A stretch of 61,952 nucleotides of DNA, filler included. It is 3 parts of 3 records of this genome, joined end to end, with 100 filler letters (N's around TTAATTAATTAA, not from the genome) between each part and the next. Parts side by side here need not be neighbours in the genome. Positions count along the whole stretch, not along the records: positions 23,634 to 50,100 come from DRR378314_1230; positions 50,201 to 61,952 come from DRR378314_1233; 1 more part is not named here. The stretch is one strand, 5' to 3'. Every line of letters begins with the position of its first letter. Within the stretch, counting starts at the first letter, position 1. Made by a program: the position numbers and the translations under genes. The notes beneath the pieces were generated by a model, which made no database searches, had not been told where the DNA came from, and saw only the letters and a program-made list of their open reading frames with translations. Positions 40,501 to 51,814 of this stretch are shown in pieces.

Positions 40501-43436
40501 ATCGATGCTCCGCGAGCTGCACGAGATACACGAGGAAACCATAGCTCACCATGTGAGCGAGGCGCGTTTGGAGCAGCGAGAGGCGACCGGAAGGGCTCCA
40601 GAGGCGAAACCGCATCTCGGATGGCACACGCAGCGAGCAACTGCGAGAAGCAAAAGGCAAACAAACGAAAAGCACCCACGAGAGCCGACGCGCGAGCTCG
40701 CACAAAAGAAACGCACACTTGGGACAAACCACACACTTATGCCCCTACTACATCGTGCTCAAGAATCGTGATGACGTAGTTGGGGAACTGCAGGTACTAC
40801 GACCGCGAGATCCCAGTGATCGCATCGTTCGCCGCAGCATCTCTCCCTTACTCCCCTTCTCCCGCTCATTAGCGCGTGAGTGCAGCACAGAAAAGCGCAG
40901 TGTCGACGAAACGTAGGTATGTTCACACATTATGCGTTGAATGTGAAGAAAAGAAGCACGTTGGCTCACTCTGCGCGCAGACGGGAAGCTTGTGGCCCAT
41001 CCGTCACTCATTCGCTGCAGTTCACCGCAAGCCGCAACAAACGCACCTTTTTCAGCGTTAATAGCGCCTCGGACGGGCCCTGCATGACCATATCCCCCGT
41101 TGCAGAGTTACGCGGAGCTACATAGGTCCCGTTGAGAATATCGAGCACTTGGCGGTACATCAGCGCGCGCACCGACCGCGAATCCTGCTCTTTCGTGATT
41201 CGCCGCCGATTCTCGTGCAGAATGCGCACGAGCTCGCCGAAGCACGCGAGCTCGTGCCCGCTGAGCGCCGCGCGCCGCTCGCTCACCAACTCGTTCCACT
41301 TGTCGTCTTCGTTCAGCGCGCGGTCGACTTTGGCCTTGAGTTCCGCGGGAAATTCAAAGAGCTTGTCCGAGTCGAGGCTTTCGCCGCGTTCTTCGCTCTG
41401 TACCTCGTCTTCTTCAATGACCTCGATGCCTTCCGGACCTTCGGGGCGTTTCCACGTCGTTTCTTCGGTAATTACGTTGTAAAAGTACACGCGCTGATCA
41501 TCTGTCCCGTATTCCATCCACCAAAGCGGCAAATTGTCCGCTTCTGCAAGCGCGATTTGTGGAGGGAGAGGCGAAACGGATCGGCGAAATTCTTCGTCAT
41601 TCACATACGCCTTCTTCTCATACTTTTCAACAATGAAGTCGATCTTCGTATCGCGCGAGGAGTTTGGAATCGGTTTCTTGTGCTCTTTCGCTTCATAGAA
41701 CCGATTCGCGTAGAAATTCCCCACGCTCTTCATCACGCGAACTTCTTGCTCTGTCCACTTATCCATCGTCACGGACTTCACACGCGATACATGAACCCCG
41801 AGACTGGACGAGATAGCGCAAGAAAGAAGGAAATGTGATCGAGAGCCACGTACAAAACGTAGAATTATCAGTGCACGCAATATGCTGGGAGAGGAATGTG
41901 TGGTAATCACAAAACGGAGTAATCAAGGGAACGACGACGACTTCCCGTTCCGCTCCATCTGTGTCTTTCTCTCGCACTCCGCATTTCTTGAACACATTCC
42001 CTGTGCTTCCAACAAGGGGAACACCAAAAAAATGTAAGAGATAAGAGCGCATGCAAAGGAAGCGAGGCAACGGAAAAAGTTGACCAAAACCCAGAGAGAG
42101 AGAATGGGGCAACCGTGTTCCGCTTTCGCACAACGAGTACGTAAAACTCGCGCGAGAGCATTTCTCGCACGCAGCGCGCTACAAGGAGTGCAGAAAACGC
42201 TTCCCTCGCTCCATTTCGTCGTTTTTACAATCATTCGCACCTGCGGTGAACTCCTGAACACTCGATGCAAATGAAGCATCCATGGGTAGTAGTTGCCCAC
42301 TTTGGCTCTGTCGGAAACGTAGTGACAGCATCGCACAGTTCCGCGTTGCAAAAAAAAAACAAAGAAGGATTAGCACGAAAGTATGATACATCGACGTACG
42401 TATGAAGATAAATGTGACGAAAAGCGATCGGGGATCCTTCCCCGGGAAATCTCACGACCGCAAGATTTTCAACGCTTCGGAAATGACCTAACAATAATCT
42501 CAGCTCGCACATATCTCAACTCTGATGGTGAGTAACGAAGATAATGCCGATGCCTTTCGCGTCGTCTCGTGCAAACCAGTCCACACTCACAAGCCAATCC
42601 ACTGACTGTTGCGTGGAGAACCGCGCCCTGCTCGGGAACATCACTTGGATGATGGCTGCGACCAGAGAAATTGAGAGGCAAAAACCATCTTTCCACAGTT
42701 TTTCACCCACAAAAACGCTATCTTGCGCCCCAGGAGCACCGCGTGCATCAAGATCTACAGACGGACACGCCGGATACGACAAACCACGACTGCGCGTAGC
42801 ACGTATGTGAAACAGACTGTACTGTGCAGAGATGGGAGCGCCAATCCATCCCTGCCGATACAACCGCTCGCGGAAGTGACGCTATTGACATGCACTAGTA
42901 CGTGGTGGACCGTCTCCGTGTGCCGGGAGGGCAGGCAATCGTTCTGGAAGAGCAGAGTCGTATACGAAGTGCTTCACCGCAACCCATACCCGACCAGCGG
43001 CTGCCTGGTGCTTTGCCGAATACACTGCCCAGCTCTCTCGCAAAGACGCCGCAGGCTAAGCAAAGCGGCCTACTTTATCGCATACTTTCGAAAAGAAAGC
43101 GTCGTTCTTCGTCCTCACTACCATGGGGGTTGCAGTACGAGAAAATCGCGCGATTCGTAGCTCGCAGCGATGCATTCGGGCGTATGAGCGCTGGGAACTT
43201 TCTTGATCCTGCTCTGCTCGAAGCGCGGGGAGAACGTGGTGGAGCGAGCTAGCGCGCGTGTCCCCGTGTCTTTTCCCGAGGCGCGCCGCGCCTTTCCATC
43301 CCCCCTCCGTACCTTTACTTCCACAGTCAGCGCAGATATCGTTGTTCGGCTGTTGCATCAGCTCTTCAAGGACGAGGCGGTGCAGCTTGGCACGCGATAT
43401 CGTACGGCGTCCGCCGTTCGCTGCGTGCTCCGCCAT
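31594..43436 (-). CDS. DOCK-A/B-type Rho-family GEF with N-terminal ArfGAP and WW domains and an internal WW domain, many exons
   Basis: Domains in order: ArfGAP CADC-x16-[41 protein letters not shown]; DOCK_N (HLLLDVKAC...FITEDVVI...FRRPYGC); DHR-1 C2 (ERNDLYVTICGGEF); second WW LPEGWTEHRTGEGKPYYHNAITNETTWTKP; DHR-2 (YLRQLHKMH, EYFYVAFYGKGFP, MTPVENAI, LNGVIDAAVQGGVRMY). Further upstream exons are possible. Confidence 0.9.
33520..33586 (+). repeat. Intronic direct repeat, 2 x 25 nt (period 42)
   Basis: CGAACAGCCGACTACAAAGGGTCCA at 33520-33544 and 33562-33586. Confidence 0.9.
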
Positions 43437-46400
43437 CGTGGAGTAGAGCGTACCAGATAGTAGATCTGCCAGGAAGGACGCGGTGGGGAAACGGTATGTG
43501 GCGTACGCAACGTCAAGCAAGTTTTCCAGAGCAGAGAACGACAGCATGCGCAGCACGCCCACGTTCAACTGCAACCATCAGTGCTCCACGTCCATGGGCA
43601 CACCGGGGAGAAGCGAAGCTATCGCTCGGCTATTCGAACCGTGCACGAAAGCTGCGGAAGGAGTCAGGCTGGCGGCGCGGTCAAGGCGCGTCGCGGGCTA
43701 CAACGTCGCAGACGCAGGCGAGCTCGCCAGTGTCAGGAAGGTTTCGCGCGCACAGGCGGCTTGTATACTACAACCGAGGGATAGAGGACGATTTCTAAGC
43801 TGTAGAATAGACGTAAGATGCATCATCTGTGATTTCAAACAGCTAAAGCTCGACCACCGCGCAAAGAAAAGATAAGGCGGCTGCAGTTTTCGAGCGCGGT
43901 GGTGACGCGTTGGACACAGCGGCGGCCATGCTCGAAGAGGAGGTTCTGGGCTTTCCCCCTCGTTCGCAAAAAACGCTGCAACACAGGCCAATTATAGCGC
44001 CGCGGTCGACAATGCTCTTCCGTGCTACCCATCGCAATACGATTCAAACATCTTTTCAAGAATACAGTGATGTGTGCGAGGATAGTATGCGGCAACACGG
44101 CGCTGCAACCAAGGTTCCGGTGCAGCGCTGCAGCCCGCGGCAGAGAAACAGCCCCGCAAGGCTACCAAGGACTGCAGCAGCGAGGCGAGCGTCGAGCGCT
44201 GATGCACCGCTGCGCCCAGCACGCCTCGCCACCGGCGGCCACATTCCCGTGCTCTGCCCTCCCTTAGACCCCATTGGTAATGCAGGAATTGCGGTCGCAG
44301 TCGTATGATGTGATGCGATAGGCACGCACCTCGCAAGTGCTGCCCTTTGCTGCTGGTGGGGCAGGAGGGGGAAGGTGCCGCGGAGCGTAGCTCTCGGAGC
44401 GCGTTTCCACCCAGACAAACAGTGCGGCGTCGCGTGCGCTGGAGCGCTCGTCACGGGTCAATCAGCGACTGCTGCTACGAGGTGGAGCGCTAACAAGGCC
44501 AAAACAGCACTCGTACTGCTTTCTGAACCATCGTCCAATTGCACAGCTGGTGTACCGCAAGTATTGCTAGGGGTGCACGCAGCGCAACGCACGGAATTCC
44601 CGTGAGGAAGCAGAGGAATCAAATACCGATACGTATAATAGCAAGTATCTAGGGTTGAGCTGTCACGGTGTATCAGTCAGAAGTCTTCCTCTGAACCTTG
44701 CGCACTTCCAACGCCATTGTGCGCTGTACTGTATTTGTCTTTCGACAGCGATTTGTTTCAGAGCAGACGCGTCTGTATATCATCTTCTCGTGAAAATCGC
44801 AAGTTTGCTTCTCAAGATTGCTCCTCGCGAGAGAAAACGCGGCTTTGCTCTTGCCACTGGTGCAGCTGCGCGCTAGAGAGTACAAGCTATGGTCTGCTAA
44901 TGTAGCTGCGAGGCAGGAGGGTTGAAACCCTATCATCTTAACTTCGATCAACGGTACAGCGGTGTAACTGTCGTCAGCGGCCATCACCGCTGGCCTAGCT
45001 CTGGGCTCTCGCTGTAGGCTGGGCGCTTGGTTAGCGCGCGCGTTCACTTCTCGGGCGAGCCCTGCCGATCCCGGCGACTTCCTTTCTGCTTGAGCCATCG
45101 CTGCGGACGAGCGCTGCGCGTGCGTCAAGCGTATCCGACTTCTCCACAGCACCTCGGTTGTCCCGGTGCGCCTTTCGGAGTAGCCTGCGGCGCTTGGTAG
45201 CAAGTACTTGCCGGCAAACCGGGAAAGGAGAAGACTTGCGCCAGCAAGAATTTCGGTATATCCTGTGCCAGCTTCTGTGATTGAGCTCGTTTAGGCAGCG
45301 TTCGGTGCTGGGAGTGCCTTTGTCTTCGGAGATCGAGTTTGCGAGTGCTGGCGCACGGACTCTGCGAAGATGGGGAGCGCGGAGTGGTCTGACCGCGTCC
45401 GCATAATGGACGAAGGCGGTCGGATGTGGCGGTTCAAGCAAGGTGCGCGCCGTCGGCGCTTGGCTGCTGATTTGTGCCAGAATTTGCTTGTACTTCTCCT
45501 CTGTGGAAATTTTATGCCCGCAAGAACAGTAACTATGTCCACTTCGACGACTTGGTTCATGCTGTAGTTCGGAAGCGCCATCATGCGGCGGGTAGGCGGT
45601 CGCGTTTGCGCGGCGCAGCAGCGCAGTAGTGGTGGTGCGCGCGCTTATGGTTCTGTGCGGGGGTTAGCCCGTGGTCAGTCAACGGGCTCTGGGAACACGA
45701 CTGTCGTCGCGGTAACGGCCGAGCAACGGCGTTGTACGAGCACCGAGCGCACCCCGCATAGCTGCTGGCACACCGCAATGCCCACAGCAGCGCCCGCTCA
45801 TGCCGTATATAGCACAAGCGAATGAAAGGATAGAAGCATACAAGTAGAAAATATTACCGGAGTGAATCATCCCTTTGTATTGGTGGGGAAATGGTTTAGC
45901 TTGCGAGCTGCCGGAGCGACCGCGCTTTGTCTGTCGAGAGCGCGGCTGTCGGTGCGCGCGCGCGCGCGTGTCTCTCTGTACCGCGGCCGCCTACCTTGCG
46001 GCGAGCCTGCGCGCTTTTCCTTGCCGTGCTGGGGCCGTGCGCGTGGACGTGGGTGGAATATGAGCGCCTTTCCTCGTCGTGATTTGTAAGATGAGGGTAT
46101 CATGGAGCGTAATGCCGTATCGAGTATGTGCAGGGAGCTTGGGAGCGTGCGCTGCCGCCTTGTTCCTGTCGGGAGCGTGCTTGTGCGCTTGGCCGCGCTG
46201 GCGCACACCGTCCAGGTGCCGTGCTGGCCCTCACCGCGTCCGCGTCGCGGCTGAAGCGCAGCCCGCTGCACGGTGAAGCCTTCGCGCCGCGGCGCGCGTA
46301 GACCAAGCAACCTACCTCGCGCGCGCGCGCGCGTGCATGGCGTTCTGTCTGCCGCGGTCCCATTATACCCAGAATGTGGCTCAAGAATTATATATATTTC

Positions 46401-48101
46401 GTAGCTGCTACCGATGGGCCTTTCGGCGACTTCCCGTCGCCATGCGATGCGAGGGTGTGTCGCGAATCGCCCGTCTACCGCGTTGGCAGCTTCGCGCGCG
46501 CGTTCCTGGTGACGCCTACCGCTTTCCGTCCCGGGATCCAGCGAGCGACGCTTTCCGGCAGCGCTGCGCTCAGCGTCGCCTTGTGTAGCTGGTTTCACCC
46601 CCCCAATCCTTGCTAGTTCTCACGCGGGATGCGGTATTTATGACCACTTGTCATTGTAATCGTGCAGGCATGGTTCGCCAAACTGTTTTGGAACGCCTCA
46701 GTGGACTTCAGGATACGTTTCTCCTCGACGACGATGACAACGTGTTTTGCCCTGTGGAAGGGGCCTTTGCCGGTCTGGCAGCGGGCAATACGTACCTCAT
46801 CATGTCCACCGACGACGGTACCGACGACTCCAGGCCGCAATGTACGCCCTACCGGCCGCGCCATTATCTGGTACCGCGTGCTTACCGTTTGCAGTGAACC
46901 CCTCGCGTTTCTTTGGGGACATTCTCAATCTCTCGACGCAGTGCTTAGGCTTCCTTTGCGCTGTGTTCACGTGGGTGGCGTGCGTGCGCGTTCTTTTGTC
47001 TGCACTCTTCACGGAAACCAGCCTCAACGTCAGCTTTCGTCCTTGCTTGTGCTGTGCCGAGCGCGCGCGTACCTCGTTGTCAGCTCCTTGTCTCTCGCAG
47101 GTGCCTGCGTTGCGCTCGTTCAGGCGATAAATATGATGCACTAGAGACGCAGACGATGTTTTATTTTGTTTTCATATGCAATTGTGTCTCTACGTTTTGT
47201 TGTAAATCAGTGGACCGGTGGTATTGGCCCGGTGCTTGATTAGTGCGCGCGAGCTTACGTGCCCGTTCCCTTGCGCGACACGTCTTCTGTGCCCGCGCTC
47301 CCGGCAGCAAGCAACAAGAAACGCCCAGCTCGCGCCACCGCTGTGGGTACGACAGCAACTCCTGGTACGTTTTTCAAGCCCATGTCAGCTAGAAATAGTC
47401 GAGTTGATGATGGGAAAAATCGAACCAGGGAAATAGTTGTCGTGTCAGCAAACTGTCCACTGTGCTCGGTTGCGGTGCACTTCAGCAGCGTCTCCTGCTG
47501 GTATGCCGCGCGCGCTGCACGCTCCATCGCGCAAACCTCCCGCCGTAAGCGTCGAAAATGGTCTATGCGGATGCGAAGATTGACTGAATTTCTCTCGGAC
47601 TGTGAATTACCGCGGTGGCGTAATCTATGTCGCGCAGATCGTGCGAAGCCAGCTGGGCGTGCCCGCGGAATGCGTTCGTCACGTTCCTTGAATGACGAGA
47701 GCGATTTCGGAGCGCCAACGCTGGCGGCGGCTCTCGGCGTCGAGCCGCGCCAAGGTGGCAAAGGGAGTCGCGCGCGGGGTGCGTTGACTGATACCATGCG
47801 TTGATGATGTAAAAAATATAGCCGATGCACGCGGAATGGAGTTGCAGCTCCACATTTTGCTCTGCTTGGAGACGCAAGAGGCGCAGCAAGCTTCGCGTCT
47901 CCTGGTTGCACCGAGCTGTTCTACCTGCACTCCATGGCGAGTCGCTGCCGCTTTGGATGGCGGTTTGAATCACTCTTCGTCGGTGTTCCCCATTCAGCAC
48001 TGCGGATGTAAATAAGCGTACACCATGCTCTGCTTCTCTCTGGTCTGCTCCTCGTTCTGAACCCGTTTGCTCACTCTCACCTGCTTTTTGTCCTCCCCCC
48101 A

Positions 48102-50100
48102 ATGGGTGGCCGTGCACGGCTTCGTGTAGGCCGCGGCGAGATTCGTAGATCGCGTACGGTCACGGATGTCGACGACTTTGGCGGGCGACGCGGCGCTACA
48201 GCGGACGCAAAGAGCATGCGCAAGTCGCGCACACTCACCGATAGGTTGGACTTTGACGGTGGCCATGGCGGTTTACGCCCGTCAGGCTCTGTGGTAGACT
48301 CCAAGGACTGGCTCTCTGGGTTCAAGAAGATGGTCGATGATCGCGATGCGCCGGGCGTTGGTGGGAGCGGGAAAAAGGCAGTAGAAGTCACGAAGATCAA
48401 ACTGTCACTGGAGCAAAAGTCTCGCGCGCGCCGACTGTACCTCATGCGATGGAGGCGCGAGGCCAAAGAGCGCAACGCGAATATTATTGACGCCTTTGGT
48501 TGCGTCGCGGTGAAGATCATGGGTGCCGAGCATCTCATGGAGCGCGTTGACGGGCGCGAGCCGGATGCGTACTGCGTGGTTGAGACGGACTCGCTCGAGT
48601 GTCGCACGACGGTGATCCCTTCGTCCGCCGACCCAAGATGGGACGAAGAGTACATGTTTACGATCACGAACCCGTCGGAGCGCCTCCGCCTCACGCTCTT
48701 CGACGATGACCCGGCGCTTGACCTTCCGCGTGAGCTCGGGTCGTTCGACTACTCGATCACCCAGCTGCACGACGGCGAGCCAAAGTGCGTCATCTCGCGC
48801 TTGCGCGGTGTCGAGGGTGCGGACCTGTCGCGTGTTTCGATGCGCCTGCTGTTCTTCTATGCTGTGGACGACGACGAACTGCTGCGGCTGGCGCCCGCGC
48901 CGCTCCGCTCCAAGGCCGCTGCGGCGGCGGCCGAAGCTGCGCAGAATGCCACGGAGTCGCACATAGCCGGCCCGCGACCGGGATTTTCCCGCGCGCCATT
49001 CCGCTCCGGTGGGACAAAGGACGCGAAAAAGCGCGCCAAATTCTACTCGAATCGCGCGTCCGCCGCTACAACGACCGTATCGGGCGTCATGAGCACGGGG
49101 CACCCGCTCGGGACCGTCGACGTGCGCGGCAAAGCTGGCAGGCGCAAGGGCAGCGCGATGTCCGCAGACAGCCCCGGGGCCGTTGGTGGCATCGTGGGCG
49201 AGGTCAATCACGTGGCGCACTGGCGAAAGGATGCGGCCGTGCGTGGTATTCGCACCGAGCGCGCGTCGGCGTTTGCGTACGTGCGCGTCACGCGCGGACG
49301 CGGCCTCGCCGACGTGGAAGGCATTGAGCCGGACGCGTTCTGCGTGCTCTCGGTCGGGCGCGAACGTCAGAAGACGAACATTGCGTTCGACGGCGCACCA
49401 TGGGACCAAGAGTTCTACTTCACGCTGTCGAACACGACGGCAACGATCCGGCTCGAGTGCTTTGCCGCCGTGCCGGACGCTGCAGCTCCGAGCGTCCAGC
49501 TGGGCGCGACCGAGCTCCGGATCGCCGATCTTGTTGCCGGTGGAGCCGCCGAGGCGGCGCGAATGCGCCCGCTCCTCACGCGCGACGGCTCCACGCGCGC
49601 CGTGGGCCTGCACGTATTCCTCTTCGACGTGTTCGAGAACCGCTTCATCAATGCGGTTCCTGTTGACGAGGCCGCGCCGCCGCGTGCCGGCTCGGCACGC
49701 CCAGGCGCGAAGAAGCGCGGCCGCGGCGGGCGCCGCGTCGCCGCGGACGCCGCGGACGTGCGGTACGACGACGACGAGTACGTGGACGAGGACGAAGAGA
49801 TGCCAGCGGCCGCGCCGGCGTGGAAGCCGCGCGGCGTGCGCGCCGCACCTGCGTCAGGCGGAGCGGGCGCAGCGTCCGCGCGACCGGCGGCGGGCGGTGG
49901 CGGCTCGGACGAAGACTCCGTGCGCTGGTCGATGATTATGCGCAAGCAAGGCGGCGGCGCCGGAGGAAGCGCGCCCGCTCGCGGCGGCAGCGGGGCGGCG
50001 TCGGTGCGAGGTGGCAGCGGGGCGGCGTCGGTGCGTGGCGGCAGCGGGGCGGCGTCGGTGCGTGGCGGCTCGAGCGGCGGCGGCGGCGGCGGCGGCGGCG
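48102..50100 (+). CDS. Tandem C2-domain protein, 3'-truncated by contig end
   Basis: C2A: VAVKIMGAEHL...PDAYCVV...RTTVIPSSADPRWDEEYMF...LTLFDDD. C2B: YVRVTRGRGL...PDAFCVLSVG...QKT...WDQEFYF. A Gly/Ala-rich tail follows. Confidence 0.85.
49980..50100 (+). repeat. 27-nt coding tandem repeat (RGGSGAASV x3) followed by (GGC)n
   Basis: Units at 49980-50006, 50007-50033 and 50034-50060, then a GGC run to the contig end. Confidence 0.9.
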
Positions 50101-50200
50101 NNNNNNNNNNNNNNNNNNNNNNNNNNNNNNNNNNNNNNNNNNNNTTAATTAATTAANNNNNNNNNNNNNNNNNNNNNNNNNNNNNNNNNNNNNNNNNNNN
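50101..50200. other. Artificial contig-joining linker
   Basis: 44 N + TTAATTAATTAA + 44 N, with an abrupt switch from GC-rich intron-containing DNA to AT-rich bacterial DNA. Confidence 0.97.
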
Positions 50201-50727
50201 CCTATAAACAGGCACGGATTTGCGGCAAATCCCAAAATTCACTAAGTTAAGCCTTACTAAAAATCCGAGATTATATCCACAAAATGGTACACTACTCAAA
50301 AAATCACTGAAAAAAAATCAATTGAAAAGTTTATCCTGAAATCAAGGCTTTCATTTTGTCCTGCTTGCGGGACGAAAATGTGAAGCAAGAGGATAGCACG
50401 CAAGCGCGCCGCTATTGATTTATTTTCCTTCGGAAAAGCCCAGTTTTAGCGTGTTTTTTAAAAATATTGGTTATTAGTATTTACATCATTTTTGACGAAA
50501 AAAGGCTTCCAGCCCAGTAAAACCAATGGATTTTTGACTAAAAAACGATAATTTTTAGTGACCCTTAGATGTGGATTTCATTCCACTTTTAACCCTGCTT
50601 AGATTTCTGGAGTATTCCCATTTTTAACGGAAAAATGCGTTCAACCCAGTAAAATCAAGGAATTTTTAGCGTAAAAATTAGAAATCATTCGTTCATTTGG
50701 GACGATAATGTCTTTGTCATTTCTTAA

Positions 50728-51075
50728 TCATTCCCCTTTTTTGGTCTTCTTTTCCTCCCGATAGAATAGGTTTAAATGGTCCATCAAAGCCTCTTCCCCA
50801 ACTGGCATCAATCGGTTGGCTATGGTCATCGCTTGATGGATGAATTCTTTTTCGTTCCTGTCCATTACATCGTCTGAGCCTAACTCTGGATTTATTGCCC
50901 GCATGGAAAGGTATAGCAATGCACGAACGGTCAATAGTAAATCTGCATGACCGTCAAGATAAAAGAACGTAGGCTGGAACTTGTTCTTAAACCATGGATG
51001 GGGAACCAAGGTAGGGGAATGGTCATTTGCGAGAAGTCTTAAATCCTTTATTAGCTTTTCTTCGTTTGGGTTCAT
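50728..51075 (-). CDS. Hypothetical protein, paralogue 3 of the repeated ~100-aa domain
   Basis: MNPNEEKLIKDLRLLA...DLLLTVRALLYLSMRAIN...FIHQAMTIANRLMPVGEEALMD. The ATG at 51075 lies 4 nt after the upstream stop. Confidence 0.8.
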   Translation of the reverse strand: MNPNEEKLIKDLRLLANDHSPTLVPHPWFKNKFQPTFFYLDGHADLLLTVRALLYLSMRAINPELGSDDVMDRNEKEFIHQAMTIANRLMPVGEEALMDHLNLFYREEKKTKKGE

Positions 51076-51079
51076 GGAT

Positions 51080-51430
51080 TCATTTTTTGTTTTCAAGTTT
51101 CGATAGCATTTCATCCAGTTTGTCCAAGTAGTACATTTGGCTATCCGGAAGGATGCAAAGTACCAGTTCCAATACTTGGGTAATACTATCCTCCTTTGAT
51201 GCATTATTGTTTTTAGGGGCCAACATCATCCCATCACCATCAAGGGCGAATACACAAAGCTGTAATAGACTTCTGATCTGCATCAAAAGGTGGTTGTTGT
51301 CACTGACCTCGAAGCACACATGGTTTCCATTGGGATCAGCAGCATTTTTGTTTCCAAGGAGCCCGGTAAGATTTTTTCTAAGCTCTTGTATCTCCTTCAA
51401 GGTTTTGAGTTGCTTTTTTTTGTGTTTCAT
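51080..51430 (-). CDS. Hypothetical protein, paralogue 2 of the repeated domain
   Basis: 116 aa: ...HLLMQIRSLLQLCVFALD...KEDSITQVLELVLCILPDSQMYYLD. Confidence 0.85.
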   Translation of the reverse strand: MKHKKKQLKTLKEIQELRKNLTGLLGNKNAADPNGNHVCFEVSDNNHLLMQIRSLLQLCVFALDGDGMMLAPKNNNASKEDSITQVLELVLCILPDSQMYYLDKLDEMLSKLENKK

Positions 51431-51459
51431 TGTTCAGATTATTGGGTTGACAATCATGC

Positions 51460-51804
51460 TTATTCCTTCAAAAGGAGCTTTTCTATTCGATCGTAACTGT
51501 CCAATTGGTCATCCGGGAGAATATCAATGACCAACTCCAGTATGGTGATCACCGCATCATCCTTGGATAGAAAGGGAAGTCTTGGGGAGTCCAGTTCGTT
51601 TTCATTGTCTATGGTGGACATGCATAGCCTTAACAGGCAAGAGATGACATATCGAAGTTCTGAATTGTTTTCCACCTTGAATACCACTTCTTGGGCCTGT
51701 GGTTTATCCTTCCCATGATATCTTCGTTTTCTGGGGTTCAACAAACCGATTACCTTGTCCAATAGTTCCTTATCGTTGCTTTGGCCTTCTTCGTTCTTTT
51801 TCAT
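51460..51804 (-). CDS. Hypothetical protein, paralogue 1 of the repeated domain
   Basis: 114 aa: ...ELRYVISCLLRLCMSTID...KDDAVITILELVIDILPDDQLDSYD. Confidence 0.85.
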   Translation of the reverse strand: MKKNEEGQSNDKELLDKVIGLLNPRKRRYHGKDKPQAQEVVFKVENNSELRYVISCLLRLCMSTIDNENELDSPRLPFLSKDDAVITILELVIDILPDDQLDSYDRIEKLLLKE

Positions 51805-51814
51805 GACTTAATTG

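Noticed and set aside
48405-49613. 402-aa minus-strand ORF
   Set aside because: It is the antisense shadow of the C2-domain gene.
1-50100. Non-standard genetic code or non-canonical introns in the eukaryote
   Set aside because: The conserved exons I reconstructed translate without internal stops in the standard code and are bounded by GT-AG.
50101-50200. Bacterium-to-eukaryote horizontal transfer at the junction
   Set aside because: The junction is an artificial N/TTAATTAATTAA linker, so no physical linkage is shown.
51076-51204. N-terminal extension of the 158-aa ORF
   Set aside because: It overlaps the upstream gene. The ATG at 51075 gives a protein matching its paralogues in size.
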